NCBI GenBank assembly: GCA_963815115.1
Contig: CAWFFN010000007.1
Span: forward strand, 1,056,001-1,120,000
From: an uncultured delta proteobacterium
Lineage (GTDB): Bacteria > Desulfobacterota > Binatia > DP-6
Length of the DNA stretch: 64,000 nt
Reading direction: 5' to 3'
Shown: in pieces, positions 32,578-41,273 of the stretch
Numbering within the stretch: position 1 is the stretch's first letter
Layout of the letters: each line of letters opens with the position of its first letter
Notes under the pieces: generated by a model
Seen by the model: the letters and a program-made list of their open reading frames with translations, nothing else
What the model was told of the DNA's origin: nothing
The model's database searches: none
Translations under genes and position numbers: made by a program

Positions 32578-32791
32578 CTGCCGCCGCCCGCTCCAGCGCC
32601 GCCACGGCCAGGAGCGGGCGCGAGCACCCGCCCGGCGGCGAAGCAGGTGACTAGGGAAGCTCTGCCGCAAGGCGCTCGACATGGTAAAAGAGGAGCGTGT
32701 CGGGCGATGAAGCTGGGAGGTGGGGGATGGGTGAGCAGCGCACGTTCGCCGGCATCGCGTGGAGCCAGAAGGGCAAGGTGAGCCGGCTACT

Positions 32792-33664
32792 ATGACCAAC
32801 GCGCTGCTCCTCCTCTTCGCGACGTCGGCCCTCGCCTCGCCCACTGCCACCCTCCCCGTGAGCACGAAGCGTGGGCTGTGCGCGACCACGTGCCAGGCTC
32901 AGAGGGCCGTCCTCTGCGGCGGCCTTGCCGGCGCGGAGGCCGAGCAGTGTGGCGAGGCGCTCGAGTCGGCCTGCCGCCGAGGCAACCCGCAGGAGGTCTG
33001 CGCGATCACGAATGACGCGGCGGCGGCCGGGGCAGTGCTGTGTCAGAAGCCCAACGGCCTGGTGATCCTGCGGAATGCGTCTCCAGGATGCAAGCCGAAG
33101 GAGACGGAGATCGGTGTCCTGGGGGAGCCGGCGCCGGGCGGGGCGACCGGGCCCACGGGTCCTACCGGCCCTGCTGGTTCTCCTGGTCCGCAAGGCCCGC
33201 CGGGGCCGACGGGTTCGCAGGGCGTGCAAGGCGTTCCGGGGCCACCCGGCTCGATTGGCCCCCCCGGGCCCACGGGCGAGGTCGGTGATGCTGGACCCAC
33301 CGGCCCCACGGGGGCGATGGGAACGACTGGCCCGACGGGGGCGACAGGTGCCACGGGCGCGGGCTCGACGGTGCGTGTCACGGTCGAGACGGCGACGACC
33401 GTGAGTGAGGTGCGGCCCGACGTGGGGACGTTGCTCGCCGCCACCGCAAGCTGTCCACCAGGCCAGCAGGCGACGGGTGGGGGCGTGTCGGCCTCGCCGA
33501 GCAACAGCGCGGACGATTCCCGCCTACACACCCTCGAGTCGGGCCCCGTCCCTGGCGCCATCCCGCCCGTGCAGTGGTTCGGTCGCATCGGGGTGATTCA
33601 ACGCTTCTCGCCCGGCAGCGTGTTGACGTTGACGGTGTTTGTGCTGTGCGTGCCGGCTCCGTAG
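32792..33664 (+). CDS. Secreted collagen-like protein
   Basis: Signal peptide, Cys-rich N-domain, about 25 uninterrupted Gly-X-Y triplets, C-terminal [13 protein letters not shown]...VLC domain. Confidence 0.85.
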   Translation: MTNALLLLFATSALASPTATLPVSTKRGLCATTCQAQRAVLCGGLAGAEAEQCGEALESACRRGNPQEVCAITNDAAAAGAVLCQKPNGLVILRNASPGCKPKETEIGVLGEPAPGGATGPTGPTGPAGSPGPQGPPGPTGSQGVQGVPGPPGSIGPPGPTGEVGDAGPTGPTGAMGTTGPTGATGATGAGSTVRVTVETATTVSEVRPDVGTLLAATASCPPGQQATGGGVSASPSNSADDSRLHTLESGPVPGAIPPVQWFGRIGVIQRFSPGSVLTLTVFVLCVPAP

Positions 33665-33852
33665 CGGAGGGGTTCGTTCATGGCGGTAGACCAGTTGCCG
33701 CCGAAATTCCCAGCCCTCGACGACGCGCCCAGGCGAGACGCCGGGTGTCGTCGATTCCTCCTGGAGCCGGTCGTGCGATCCCGGCAGCCTCCCAGAGAGT
33801 GCCAGGCCCCGCGGCCTGGCCGAGTGAACGACGTTGACCCACGACCTTCCTG

Positions 33853-33874
33853 GTTGTACAGGAACCGGTACAAC
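33853..33874. promoter_or_regulatory. YefM-type operator palindrome
   Basis: GTTGTAC-N8-GTACAAC; TGTACA and GGTACA cores 12 bp apart just upstream of yefM, resembling the TGTACA-core operator of E. coli yefM-yoeB. Confidence 0.7.
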
Positions 33875-33885
33875 TCCAAGATGCG

Positions 33886-34134
33886 ATGAACATTGTCGGC
33901 TACAGTGCGGCGCGACAGCGGTTGGCAAAGCTGATGGACTCCGTGGTCGATGATCGCCGGCCGGTCGTGGTCACGCGGCGAAAGGCCCCGGCGGTGGTCA
34001 TGCTGGCGCTCGACGAGTACGAGGCGATGGCCGAGACCCTCCACCTCTTGCGCAGTCCGAAGAACGCGCGCCGGCTGCACAAAGCGGTACGCGACGCCGA
34101 CGCTCGCCGGTTCGTCCGTAGTCCGCGAGGATGA
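33886..34134 (+). CDS. yefM: YefM/Phd antitoxin
   Basis: YSAARQRLAKLMDSV...PVVVTR...VVMLALDEYEAMAETLHLLRSPKNARRL. Confidence 0.93.
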   Translation: MNIVGYSAARQRLAKLMDSVVDDRRPVVVTRRKAPAVVMLALDEYEAMAETLHLLRSPKNARRLHKAVRDADARRFVRSPRG

Positions 34135-34397
34135 TCGAGCGCTGGACGGCGGGAGCCGCCCAGGACTACCGCTGGTTCCGCGCCCAGGATCCGAGGACCG
34201 CGGCCCGCATCGATCGCCTGATCGAGGAGACCAAGCGCAGGCCGTTCGCGGGTATCGGCAAACCAGAACCGCTCCGCGGGACGCTGACCGGGTGGTGGTC
34301 GCGCCGTATTGCGGGCGAGCATCGCCTCGTGTACCGCGTCGTGGGCAAGGGCGCAGCGCGTGAGTTGCAGATCGCGCAGTGTCGATACCACTACTGA
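34131..34397 (+). CDS. yoeB: YoeB/Txe toxin
   Basis: PFAGIGKPEPLRGTLTGWWSRRIAGEHRLVY...IAQCRYHY; ATGA overlap with the antitoxin. Confidence 0.95.
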   Translation: MIERWTAGAAQDYRWFRAQDPRTAARIDRLIEETKRRPFAGIGKPEPLRGTLTGWWSRRIAGEHRLVYRVVGKGAARELQIAQCRYHY

Positions 34398-34442
34398 AGC
34401 AGTGGACTGACCCGACCACGAAGCGCGTTCGGGTAGTGTTCG

Positions 34443-34485
34443 AGTGCGCCCAGGCTGATTCGAACAGCCGACCTTCTGATTCGTA
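34443..34485 (-). repeat. Displaced tRNA-Arg 3'-half, copy 3 (att site relic)
   Basis: + strand AGTGCGCCCAGGCTGATTCGAACAGCCGACCTTCTGATTCGTA matches 50687-50729 except for 2 compensatory T-stem changes. Confidence 0.9.
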
Positions 34486-34813
34486 ACCGTCGGCACGCGT
34501 GCTCGTCCGTCCTGATTCAGCGTCATCCGTAGCCATTCGCGGACGCGCGGCCTCGATGACTTCGGATGACGTCGAATCAGCTCAGATGGCGCGGTTACCG
34601 AGTAGTCATCGAGAACCAGCCGAGGCGGCGGGCGAGCGCCACGATCGCGCGCTGTTCCTGGAAGACGCGCCGGGCAGATGGCTGGTAGGCACGAAGAGCG
34701 AATACCCCTTCGTGCGTCTTCCACGACCGCGAACGAACCGAGTGGACCCCGGGGGCGGAACTGCCACCCTCAAGCGACGCACGAAGCGGCGGCAGCCAAG
34801 CAACTGATCTCTC

Positions 34814-34857
34814 AGTGCGCCCAGGTTGATTCGGACAGCCGACCTTCTGATTCGTAG
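34814..34857 (-). repeat. Displaced tRNA-Arg 3'-half, copy 2 (att site relic)
   Basis: + strand AGTGCGCCCAGGTTGATTCGGACAGCCGACCTTCTGATTCGTAG; two differences from copy 1. Confidence 0.88.
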
Positions 34858-35088
34858 ACAGAAGATTTTTCGCGTGCTCCGCCCACGATTGGCGCGGGTT
34901 TTCAGCGTCTCCCGAGGCGCTCAGATCCCGATGTCGCCAGTCGTGTCGCCACCCAGGAGCGACGCAGCGATCCTGCCGTGCTTCGGGTCGTCCTGCAGCC
35001 GATCGGCCGCACCCAGGGCCTCTGAGCAAGACCACCCGTGGATCCGTCCTCGGTGTTACTCGTACTCCTGGCGTGGTAACGTCGAGCC

Positions 35089-35295
35089 ATGGAGGAGCTG
35101 ATCTTCGTGGTCGAGGAGGCACCGGAGGGGGGCTTCACGGTCCGCGCGCTCGGGCCGTCCATCTTCACCGAAGCGGACACCGTCCCCGAGCTGCACGCAC
35201 AGGTCCGAGATGCCGTGAGCTGCCACTTCGACGAGGGTCAGGCCCCCAAGGTGATCCGGCTTCATTTCGTCCGCGACGAAGTGATCTCGGCATGA
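35089..35295 (+). CDS. HicB-like antitoxin
   Basis: ELIFVVEEAPEGGFTVRALGPSIFTEADTVPELHAQVRDAVSCHF; ATGA overlap with the hicA-like gene. Confidence 0.8.
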   Translation: MEELIFVVEEAPEGGFTVRALGPSIFTEADTVPELHAQVRDAVSCHFDEGQAPKVIRLHFVRDEVISA

Positions 35296-35542
35296 AGCTG
35301 CCGCGGGACCTATCGGGTCCCGACCTGGCGAAGGTGTTGCGTAGCCTCGGCTACAAGGTCACCCGCGCCAAACCGGAAGCCACATGCGGTTGACCACCAC
35401 GCAGCGCGGCGAGCATCACGTCACCGTACCTGGCCACGGCCCGCTCAGCGTCGGGACACTCGCCGGCATCCTCGCTGACGTGGCCGCCCACTTCGAGATG
35501 AGCCGCGATGACCTGATGATGAAGCTCTTCGGCGGGAACTGA
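35292..35542 (+). pseudogene. hicA: HicA toxin with a 2-bp frameshift
   Basis: Removing GC at 35367-35368 gives MKLPRDLSGPDLAKVLRSLGYKVTRQTGSHMRLTTTQRGEHHVTVPGHGPLSVGTLAGILADVAAHFEMSRDDLMMKLFGGN*, with the HicA GSH motif. Confidence 0.85.
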
Positions 35543-35588
35543 CAGCGGACTTCGCACTGTCCGCGGGACTCGGGCGACTCGGGACCGA

Positions 35589-35633
35589 AAGTGCGCCCAG
35601 GCTGATTCGAACAGCCGACCTTCTGATTCGTAG
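35589..35633 (-). repeat. Distal att site of the 15-kb element (tRNA-Arg 3'-half, copy 1)
   Basis: 45-bp direct repeat of 50686-50730 with 2 mismatches forming a compensatory T-stem pair; identity ends at the anticodon loop. Confidence 0.93.
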
Positions 35634-35685
35634 CAGGAAGGTCGGCCGCACACTTCCCGCTGGAAAGTCACGCGCTTCGCGCCGC

Positions 35686-36879
35686 TCAGGCGTCGCCGCT
35701 TGCAGCGCCGCTTGCAACCAGCGCCGCCAGCCGATCCGCTGCCGCCGGATCGCGGTCGCGAATCCAGCTCCCGTAGACGTCGATCGTCACCCGGATCGAG
35801 CTGTGTCCGAGCTGCTGCTGCACCCACTGCGGCTTCGCCCCGGCGAGCAGGTGCAGGGTGGCGAACGAGTGCCGCAGCGCGTGCGGCGAGAACGGGGCGG
35901 GCTCTCCCGTTGCCATGAACCCGGCCTTCACGAGCACCCGGGCGAAGTCGCGCTCGACGTTCCGCTGGCTGAACGGCGTGCCGTTGCCCGTGACGAACAG
36001 CCACGGCGGCACGGGACGCCAGCGCCGGCCCATCGCGAGCGCCGGGCGCTTCGCCTTCACGTCCGCGAGCACGGCGATCAGCTCCTCGCTGAGGTCGATG
36101 GTGCGCGCGCGACTCGTCTTCGTGGTCCCGGGCATCGGCCGCCGCGGACTCGAGTCCTGCCCGAGCGACCGGCGGACGTCCCCTTCCCGCTGGTCGAGGT
36201 GGAGATCCTCGAGCTGCCAGCCGAGCAGCTCGCCGAGGCGGAGCCCGGTATGGGCGCCGGCGAGGTAGAGGCCGTGCAGCCGCGAGCACCGCTCCGCCAT
36301 CGCGAGGAAGCGAGTGAGCTGGTCCTGGTCCATGGCCTTCACCCGGTCCTCGCCGTCCGGGTCGGCCTCGAACTGCTTGCGCAACGTCTTGCCGGGGACG
36401 GCGACGGGGTTGAGTGCGATCAGCTCGTCCTCGGCCGCCTCATTCAGCAGCGCGCGGAGGGCGGCGAACATCAGGCGGACGCTGTCCGGGGCGTAGCCCT
36501 CCCGTCGCTTCGCCACGACGAGCGCCTTCACAAGGGGCCGCTGGATGTCGGCGAGCCGCAGATCCCCGAGCCGCCGGCCCCGCACCACGAAGGGCAGGAC
36601 ATGCTGCTCGAGGAGCGCCTGATAACTCGCGCGCGTCCGCGGCTTCCAGGTCGCCGCATTCGCCTCGAGCCAGAGCGCCGCATAGGCGGCGAGCGTCTGT
36701 CCCGGATCGCCCACCGGATGCAGCGTCACCTTGGGCGTCGCGTTGACGACGGCCTGCCGTGCCTCGGCCTCCGTCTTCGTGGCGTAGAACTCCTGCCGGC
36801 GCTTGCCATGGGCGGTCGTGAACTCGACCTTCCAGCGGACCGCGCCGTGGTTGTGGACCTTGGTCGGCTTGCCGGTCAT
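35686..36879 (-). CDS. int: Tyrosine recombinase / phage integrase
   Basis: Catalytic set TGLRLGEL (R), TTKT (K), HALRH (HxxR), LGH and DVY (Y) intact; N-terminal arm-binding-like region; adjacent to att. Confidence 0.95.
   Translation of the reverse strand: MTGKPTKVHNHGAVRWKVEFTTAHGKRRQEFYATKTEAEARQAVVNATPKVTLHPVGDPGQTLAAYAALWLEANAATWKPRTRASYQALLEQHVLPFVVRGRRLGDLRLADIQRPLVKALVVAKRREGYAPDSVRLMFAALRALLNEAAEDELIALNPVAVPGKTLRKQFEADPDGEDRVKAMDQDQLTRFLAMAERCSRLHGLYLAGAHTGLRLGELLGWQLEDLHLDQREGDVRRSLGQDSSPRRPMPGTTKTSRARTIDLSEELIAVLADVKAKRPALAMGRRWRPVPPWLFVTGNGTPFSQRNVERDFARVLVKAGFMATGEPAPFSPHALRHSFATLHLLAGAKPQWVQQQLGHSSIRVTIDVYGSWIRDRDPAAADRLAALVASGAASGDA
35694..35719. repeat. Putative integrase arm-type sites, left end
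   Basis: CGCCGCTTGCA at 35694-35704 and 35706-35716; the same CCGCTTGCA core is repeated at the right end. Confidence 0.65.
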
Positions 36880-37070
36880 CGCTTACCGCCGCGCGGGATC
36901 GTCGCGTCGGTGATGACGTACTTTATCAAGCGGACGACCCCCGCGGGGACGGCTACGGTGCCCTGCTCCCAGCGCCCGACCGTCCGGGGTGTCACGCCGA
37001 GGCGACGGGCGAACTCGACTTGCGTCCACTGCTGGCGCCGCCGGAGCCGGCGGACCTCCTGACTGGTCAT
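36876..37070 (-). CDS. Xre-family HTH regulator
   Basis: VRRLRRRQQWTQVEFARRLGVTPRTVGRWEQG; ATGA-coupled to the integrase. Confidence 0.85.
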   Translation of the reverse strand: MTSQEVRRLRRRQQWTQVEFARRLGVTPRTVGRWEQGTVAVPAGVVRLIKYVITDATIPRGGKR

Positions 37071-37284
37071 GCTGTCCAGTAGACACCATGTCCTGCCCGG
37101 TGTCCAGACGGCCCGCGAGGAAGGCCTCGAGGGCGGCCGGATGCACCCGGAAGCACTTGCGGCTCGCGATCAGCGCCGGAAGCCGGCCGGCGCGGATCAG
37201 CCGGCGCACCTCGCGCTCGCGGATCTGGAGCACCGCCGCGACCTGGGCGGGCGTGAGCGCGTGCAGGTGCTCGGCGTCGGCCAT
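36883..37284 (-). CDS. Excisionase-like HTH protein
   Basis: AAGGAG RBS; LTPAQVAAVLQIREREVRRLIRAGRLPA...FRVHPAALEAFL. The reading frame runs on over the Xre gene, so the C-terminus is doubtful. Confidence 0.7.
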   Translation of the reverse strand: MADAEHLHALTPAQVAAVLQIREREVRRLIRAGRLPALIASRKCFRVHPAALEAFLAGRLDTGQDMVSTGQHDQSGGPPAPAAPAVDASRVRPSPRRDTPDGRALGAGHRSRPRGGRPLDKVRHHRRDDPARR

Positions 37285-37343
37285 CACTCCTTCGGGTTGA
37301 GGCGCGCGCGCCGGTGTCGAGCCGTCGCGCGCGCCGTCTCGTC

Positions 37344-38009
37344 TCAGTATTCGTCGGGGAGAAGCACTGTCGTCTGCGGACGACCACGACGATCCGTCAT
37401 CACCCACACCTCCTCGATGCCCGGCACGTCCGCATAGCTGCTGTGCACCGTGGTGTAGGCACCATCGCGGTGCGCGATGGCCGACAGCGTGCCGGCGTCG
37501 TCCGTCGCGAAGCAGCCACGCCGCAGCTGATCGTCGGTCACCTCGATCGTCCTCACGTGACCGAACTTGCCGAAGTCCCCTTGCGCGTGCCGCAAGAGCC
37601 AGGGGGTGAGGACGCTCGCGACGGGCTTGAATCCCTGCCCGTGCAGTCCGAGCGCCGTGACGACCCCTGGTGTCACCACCACCGGCCCGAGGTGCACGAA
37701 GTCGACGACGCTGCTGAAGATGAACTGCACGCCACCCTCGTCGATGAGGTCCTGCACGCTCCCGAACTCGAACTCGATCGCTTCCATGTCTGCCTCCCTA
37801 GTGAGCCCCGCGTCCTCAACGCGGGGGCTGGCCGCGGCCGGCGCCGCGGGCGTGGTGGTGGTGGTGCGGCAGGACCAGCAGCGCAGGTCCAGATCGCCAC
37901 CGGCCGGGGCGATCAAGACGCCGCAGCTCCGACAGGGCACCCGTCGGACGACGTCCCCAGTGGACGGCCAGACGCCGATGTCGCTCCGGGCGATGTCATC
38001 CGGGCGCAT
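37344..38009 (-). CDS. Mobile-element protein (RHxxGDxG...TTVLLPDEY family) with possible N-terminal CxxC pair
   Basis: ATG 38009 overlaps the primase stop (TGATG); CRSC and CWSC; alternative start with GGAGG RBS at 37787; C-terminus WVMTD...TTVLLPDEY. Confidence 0.6.
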   Translation of the reverse strand: MRPDDIARSDIGVWPSTGDVVRRVPCRSCGVLIAPAGGDLDLRCWSCRTTTTTPAAPAAASPRVEDAGLTREADMEAIEFEFGSVQDLIDEGGVQFIFSSVVDFVHLGPVVVTPGVVTALGLHGQGFKPVASVLTPWLLRHAQGDFGKFGHVRTIEVTDDQLRRGCFATDDAGTLSAIAHRDGAYTTVHSSYADVPGIEEVWVMTDRRGRPQTTVLLPDEY

Positions 38010-40384
38010 CACGGCACGAACCCGCCCTTGGGCGGCCAGGGCGTAGGCGTACCAGCCGAGATGACGGTGACCGGACCGAAGATCTCGACGACGGTCTGGA
38101 GAGCAGCCTTGTCCGCCGCCAACGTCGCGGCCATGTCGTCGACGACATCGTCGGGCCCATCGACGAGGAGCTTGTCCCCGTCGATGTCGATGAGGATCTC
38201 GTCGGGATCCGGCTCCCGGTCGCAGCCGGCGCACTCGAGAGAGCCGCAGGTCACGCAGGCGAGGCGGACTCGATTCCCACTACCCCCTACCCCTGGGGAA
38301 GTAGAAAACGCCGGGAAGCGGGAAGCCGATTTTGACCCCTTCTCTCCCAAGGGTTTCCGCTCCGTTTCGCTTCCCGCCCTTGTGTCGCATGGCCGGGAAG
38401 CGGGGGTGCTCGCTGCGGCACGACTGGCGCGGCTTCCAGGATCCGCTTCCCGCTTCCCGGCTTCCCGCTCACTTCTCCCGACCACGACGGTGGGGTGCCC
38501 CGCCCGCATCAGATCCTTCACCAAGGACCAGGCGCGCCCGTCGTGCTCGTCGAGCAGCGCACGAGCCCGGTTCCGAGGGGCGCCCGCATCCTGGAGGACG
38601 GCGCCCGCCTCGCCCAGGGTGAGCGGCAACTCCGTGGCCTTCGCCCGACGGTCCACCTCGGCCACGAGGGTGGCGACAAGCTTGGCCTCAGCCTCGGCCC
38701 GTTCGGCGGCCGCCTGCGCCCGGGCGGTCTCGCCGGCCGCGTGGAGCTCCGGAGTCACCTCGCGCAGCGACCAGGGCTCGGCGCCGAGGGAGATCTCGAG
38801 GGCGAACGGCTCCGGCTCCTCCCCGACCCGGAACTTCGACGGGATGAAGGCGAGGACGTAGCGGTCCCGCTTCGTGCGGCGCGTGGCCCGCTCGGCCCAA
38901 TCGGCCCGGCCAGCCGCTGGCAACTCGGTCCACCACTCCTTCGTCCCGCTCGGCTGAAAGCCGGTGGCGTCCCGCACCTCGTAGGCGATGTCGGCTCGGT
39001 CCTCGATGACGCCGCTCCCCCGCCCGTGCGAGCCGCTCTTGATGGTGTTGCCGAGGACGAGGATCGCGGGGCCGCCAGCCCGATGGACGATGTCGAGCAG
39101 CGGCGCGATGGCCTTCGCCGGCTTGCTGGAATCCTGCTCGCCGATGCCCTCGGTGCTCGCGTCCAAGCTGTCGACGATCACGAACGCATAGGTGCCGAAC
39201 GGGAACGTCCGCCAGGCCGCGGCGTCAGTGAGCGGCGGGACCTCGTCGCGGGTCATCACTTTGAGCGTGGTGAGATCCGCAGCCCCCCAGGCACGCAGCC
39301 GTCGCCGGATCTCCCGCTTCGCGTTGTCGCGGTCGAGCAGCAGGACCTCCTGCCCCTTCCGCGCCAGCTCGATGGCGAAGGCGTACGAGACGTGAGTTTT
39401 TCCCAGACCTCTCGGTGAAAAGAAGTTGGTGAGCGAGCCCTGGCTGAGGACGCGGGGGATGAGCCAATCGAGTGCGGGATCATCACCGGCAAGAAATTCG
39501 GTGGCCGGCACAGCCCTGCTCCAGATGTTTCCCGACGAGCCGGCACCCGTGAACGAGGTGCCGGTGTCGAACGTGTCGGGCCCGAACCAGCTCGCGAGCT
39601 TCTCGAGGACGGGGGCACCCACCAGCTCGGCCACGCGAGGGCCGCCGGTCGCCTGGCCGCCCCGGGCGAGTCGCTGCGCCGTCGTGAGCACGTCCCGCAC
39701 GCGGTCGCGCGTCTCTTCGTCGCCGGCCACCCCCGCTGCCGCCCCGACGATTGTCTGCACGACCTCCACGGGCACGGCGCGCCGCAAGAGATACCCCGCA
39801 GCGGCAAGGGCAAGGTGGTGCCGCACCCCGACCTCACGCGGCCAGATCCGCGCGAGCAATGCGGTCACCGCGATGGACCGCACGGCGGCCACGAGTAGCG
39901 CGGTCGGCACCACGGCCGGGGTCCGCGGCTCGCCCTCGAACGCGATGACGTCGCCGTTCGGATGCACGGATGGCGGCCACACAGTCTGTGAGCGGGTCGA
40001 GAGCATCTCGACGAGCATGTCGGTGCGCTTCGTGACGGGATCCTGCGGGGCGGTGAACTTCGTCGTCGGCGGCGTCGGGATGCACCGATACAGCCAGTGC
40101 GACCGCGGCTTCCCGGGTCGTCCGAAGACGAGCGGCGTCGGCGACAGGAACAGCGCCGCGACGGCAACGGCTTCGGGCGCGTCGAGGTCGACGTCGACCA
40201 GGCCGCCCGACGGGTCGCCGTTCAGGACACCGACGTTGCTGTCCGGATGGAAGCGGCCGACAGACTCCTCGGTGTGGCGCTCGTCTGGCCAGTGGTCGCG
40301 GCCCGGATTCTTGGAGCCGCGGGGGATCTCGATCGGTGCGAAACCGGCGGCCAGGTACCGTCGGGCTGCTTCGATGGCGGTCAT
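38009..40384 (-). CDS. Bifunctional primase-polymerase fused to an AAA_25/RepA-like helicase
   Basis: Prim-Pol motifs NVGVLNG...LVDVDLD, SHWLY, TVWPPSVHPNG; helicase WLIPRVL...SPRGLGKT, VLLLDRDN, VIVDSL, RGSG. Confidence 0.88.
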   Translation of the reverse strand: MTAIEAARRYLAAGFAPIEIPRGSKNPGRDHWPDERHTEESVGRFHPDSNVGVLNGDPSGGLVDVDLDAPEAVAVAALFLSPTPLVFGRPGKPRSHWLYRCIPTPPTTKFTAPQDPVTKRTDMLVEMLSTRSQTVWPPSVHPNGDVIAFEGEPRTPAVVPTALLVAAVRSIAVTALLARIWPREVGVRHHLALAAAGYLLRRAVPVEVVQTIVGAAAGVAGDEETRDRVRDVLTTAQRLARGGQATGGPRVAELVGAPVLEKLASWFGPDTFDTGTSFTGAGSSGNIWSRAVPATEFLAGDDPALDWLIPRVLSQGSLTNFFSPRGLGKTHVSYAFAIELARKGQEVLLLDRDNAKREIRRRLRAWGAADLTTLKVMTRDEVPPLTDAAAWRTFPFGTYAFVIVDSLDASTEGIGEQDSSKPAKAIAPLLDIVHRAGGPAILVLGNTIKSGSHGRGSGVIEDRADIAYEVRDATGFQPSGTKEWWTELPAAGRADWAERATRRTKRDRYVLAFIPSKFRVGEEPEPFALEISLGAEPWSLREVTPELHAAGETARAQAAAERAEAEAKLVATLVAEVDRRAKATELPLTLGEAGAVLQDAGAPRNRARALLDEHDGRAWSLVKDLMRAGHPTVVVGRSEREAGKREADPGSRASRAAASTPASRPCDTRAGSETERKPLGEKGSKSASRFPAFSTSPGVGGSGNRVRLACVTCGSLECAGCDREPDPDEILIDIDGDKLLVDGPDDVVDDMAATLAADKAALQTVVEIFGPVTVISAGTPTPWPPKGGFVP
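38311..38468. repeat. Iteron-like GGGAAGC/GCTTCCC cluster (candidate origin)
   Basis: GGGAAGC at 38313, 38320 and 38395; GCTTCCC at 38369, 38445, 38452 and 38460. Confidence 0.6.
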
Positions 40385-40444
40385 GGAAAGGTACCTTCTC
40401 GGCCCGAGCCGGCGCACAAGACGCCAGCCCGGGCCGCGTTCGCG

Positions 40445-40915
40445 TCAGAAGGGGATGTCGGTCTCCGGCGGCGACGCCGGAGCCTGCGGTGATGCTGTCT
40501 GCGGTTGCGGTGACGGCAAGAGCTTGGTGATCCGTGCGAAGGATTGGCCAGGCTTCTTCGTCGACGGGACGTATTCGATCAGCGCCTGGCACTGGCGGCC
40601 GAGGAACATGCCGCTCGTGATGTTCTGCCCGTCGGCCGGGATGTGGACTCCGAGCGCCCGGCAGATCGCGCCGAGGTTCGACTTCTCGTGCGTCGAGAAG
40701 TTTGTCATGAGCTTGAAGGTCCCTTCGCCCGCGTGGCCGATGGGGACGATGTCGAAGACGAGCTTCTGTTCCGGCTCGTCTGACTGGTACTTCGTGCCTT
40801 GCTTGGTCGTGACGTCCACGACCTCGACCGGGTACACCCCAGCCGGCTTGGTCCAGTCGATGAAGCCGCCGCTCTCGGCGCGCTTTGCCTTTCCGAGGAT
40901 CTGGTCCTGTGCCAT
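40445..40915 (-). CDS. Phage-type ssDNA-binding-like protein
   Basis: AAAGGAG RBS; PAGVYPVEVVDV OB-like start; acidic tail ending ETDIPF as in SSB tails; immediately upstream of the primase. Confidence 0.65.
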   Translation of the reverse strand: MAQDQILGKAKRAESGGFIDWTKPAGVYPVEVVDVTTKQGTKYQSDEPEQKLVFDIVPIGHAGEGTFKLMTNFSTHEKSNLGAICRALGVHIPADGQNITSGMFLGRQCQALIEYVPSTKKPGQSFARITKLLPSPQPQTASPQAPASPPETDIPF

Positions 40916-40928
40916 CGACAATCTCCTT

Positions 40929-41273
40929 TCAGGTGGTCAGGTCGCGGACGACGATGTTGTGTGGAGCCAGCAGCCACCGGACCCGCGGCAGTGGCGAACG
41001 TAGCCCGTCGCCAAGATGGCCCTGGCCGCCTCCTGCACCGCCTCCCGCTTCCAGCGGCGCTCGTGAGCGAGCCGCAGCACGGCCCGAACCGTCCTCCGGT
41101 CGTGGTGCAGCGAGTACGCAGCCCGGATCTTTCGCGCTGCGATGTCCGGCAAGCTCGGGTCGGTGCCGAACTCTTCGACCGAAGTGCCGGACGTTCGCGG
41201 CGGCCTTAGCGCGCCGTTCGAGTGTCCAATCGCGGGAGTGGACGGGGGGAAAGTTGAACGCTAGAGTCGTCAT
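40929..41273 (-). CDS. Hypothetical protein, possibly frameshifted near 41150
   Basis: GAGGAG RBS; after about 40 codons a second frame (PDIAARKIRAAYSLHHDRRTVRAVL...) reads more protein-like. Confidence 0.4.
   Translation of the reverse strand: MTTLAFNFPPVHSRDWTLERRAKAAANVRHFGRRVRHRPELAGHRSAKDPGCVLAAPRPEDGSGRAAARSRAPLEAGGGAGGGQGHLGDGLRSPLPRVRWLLAPHNIVVRDLTT

Noticed and set aside
35056-35265. Minus-strand ORF MKPDHLGGLTLVEVAAH...
   Set aside because: Antisense shadow of the hicB-like gene.
34443-35633. Three ~44-bp repeats as a CRISPR array
   Set aside because: The repeats are tRNA 3' halves, the spacers are 328 and 731 bp, and no cas genes are present.
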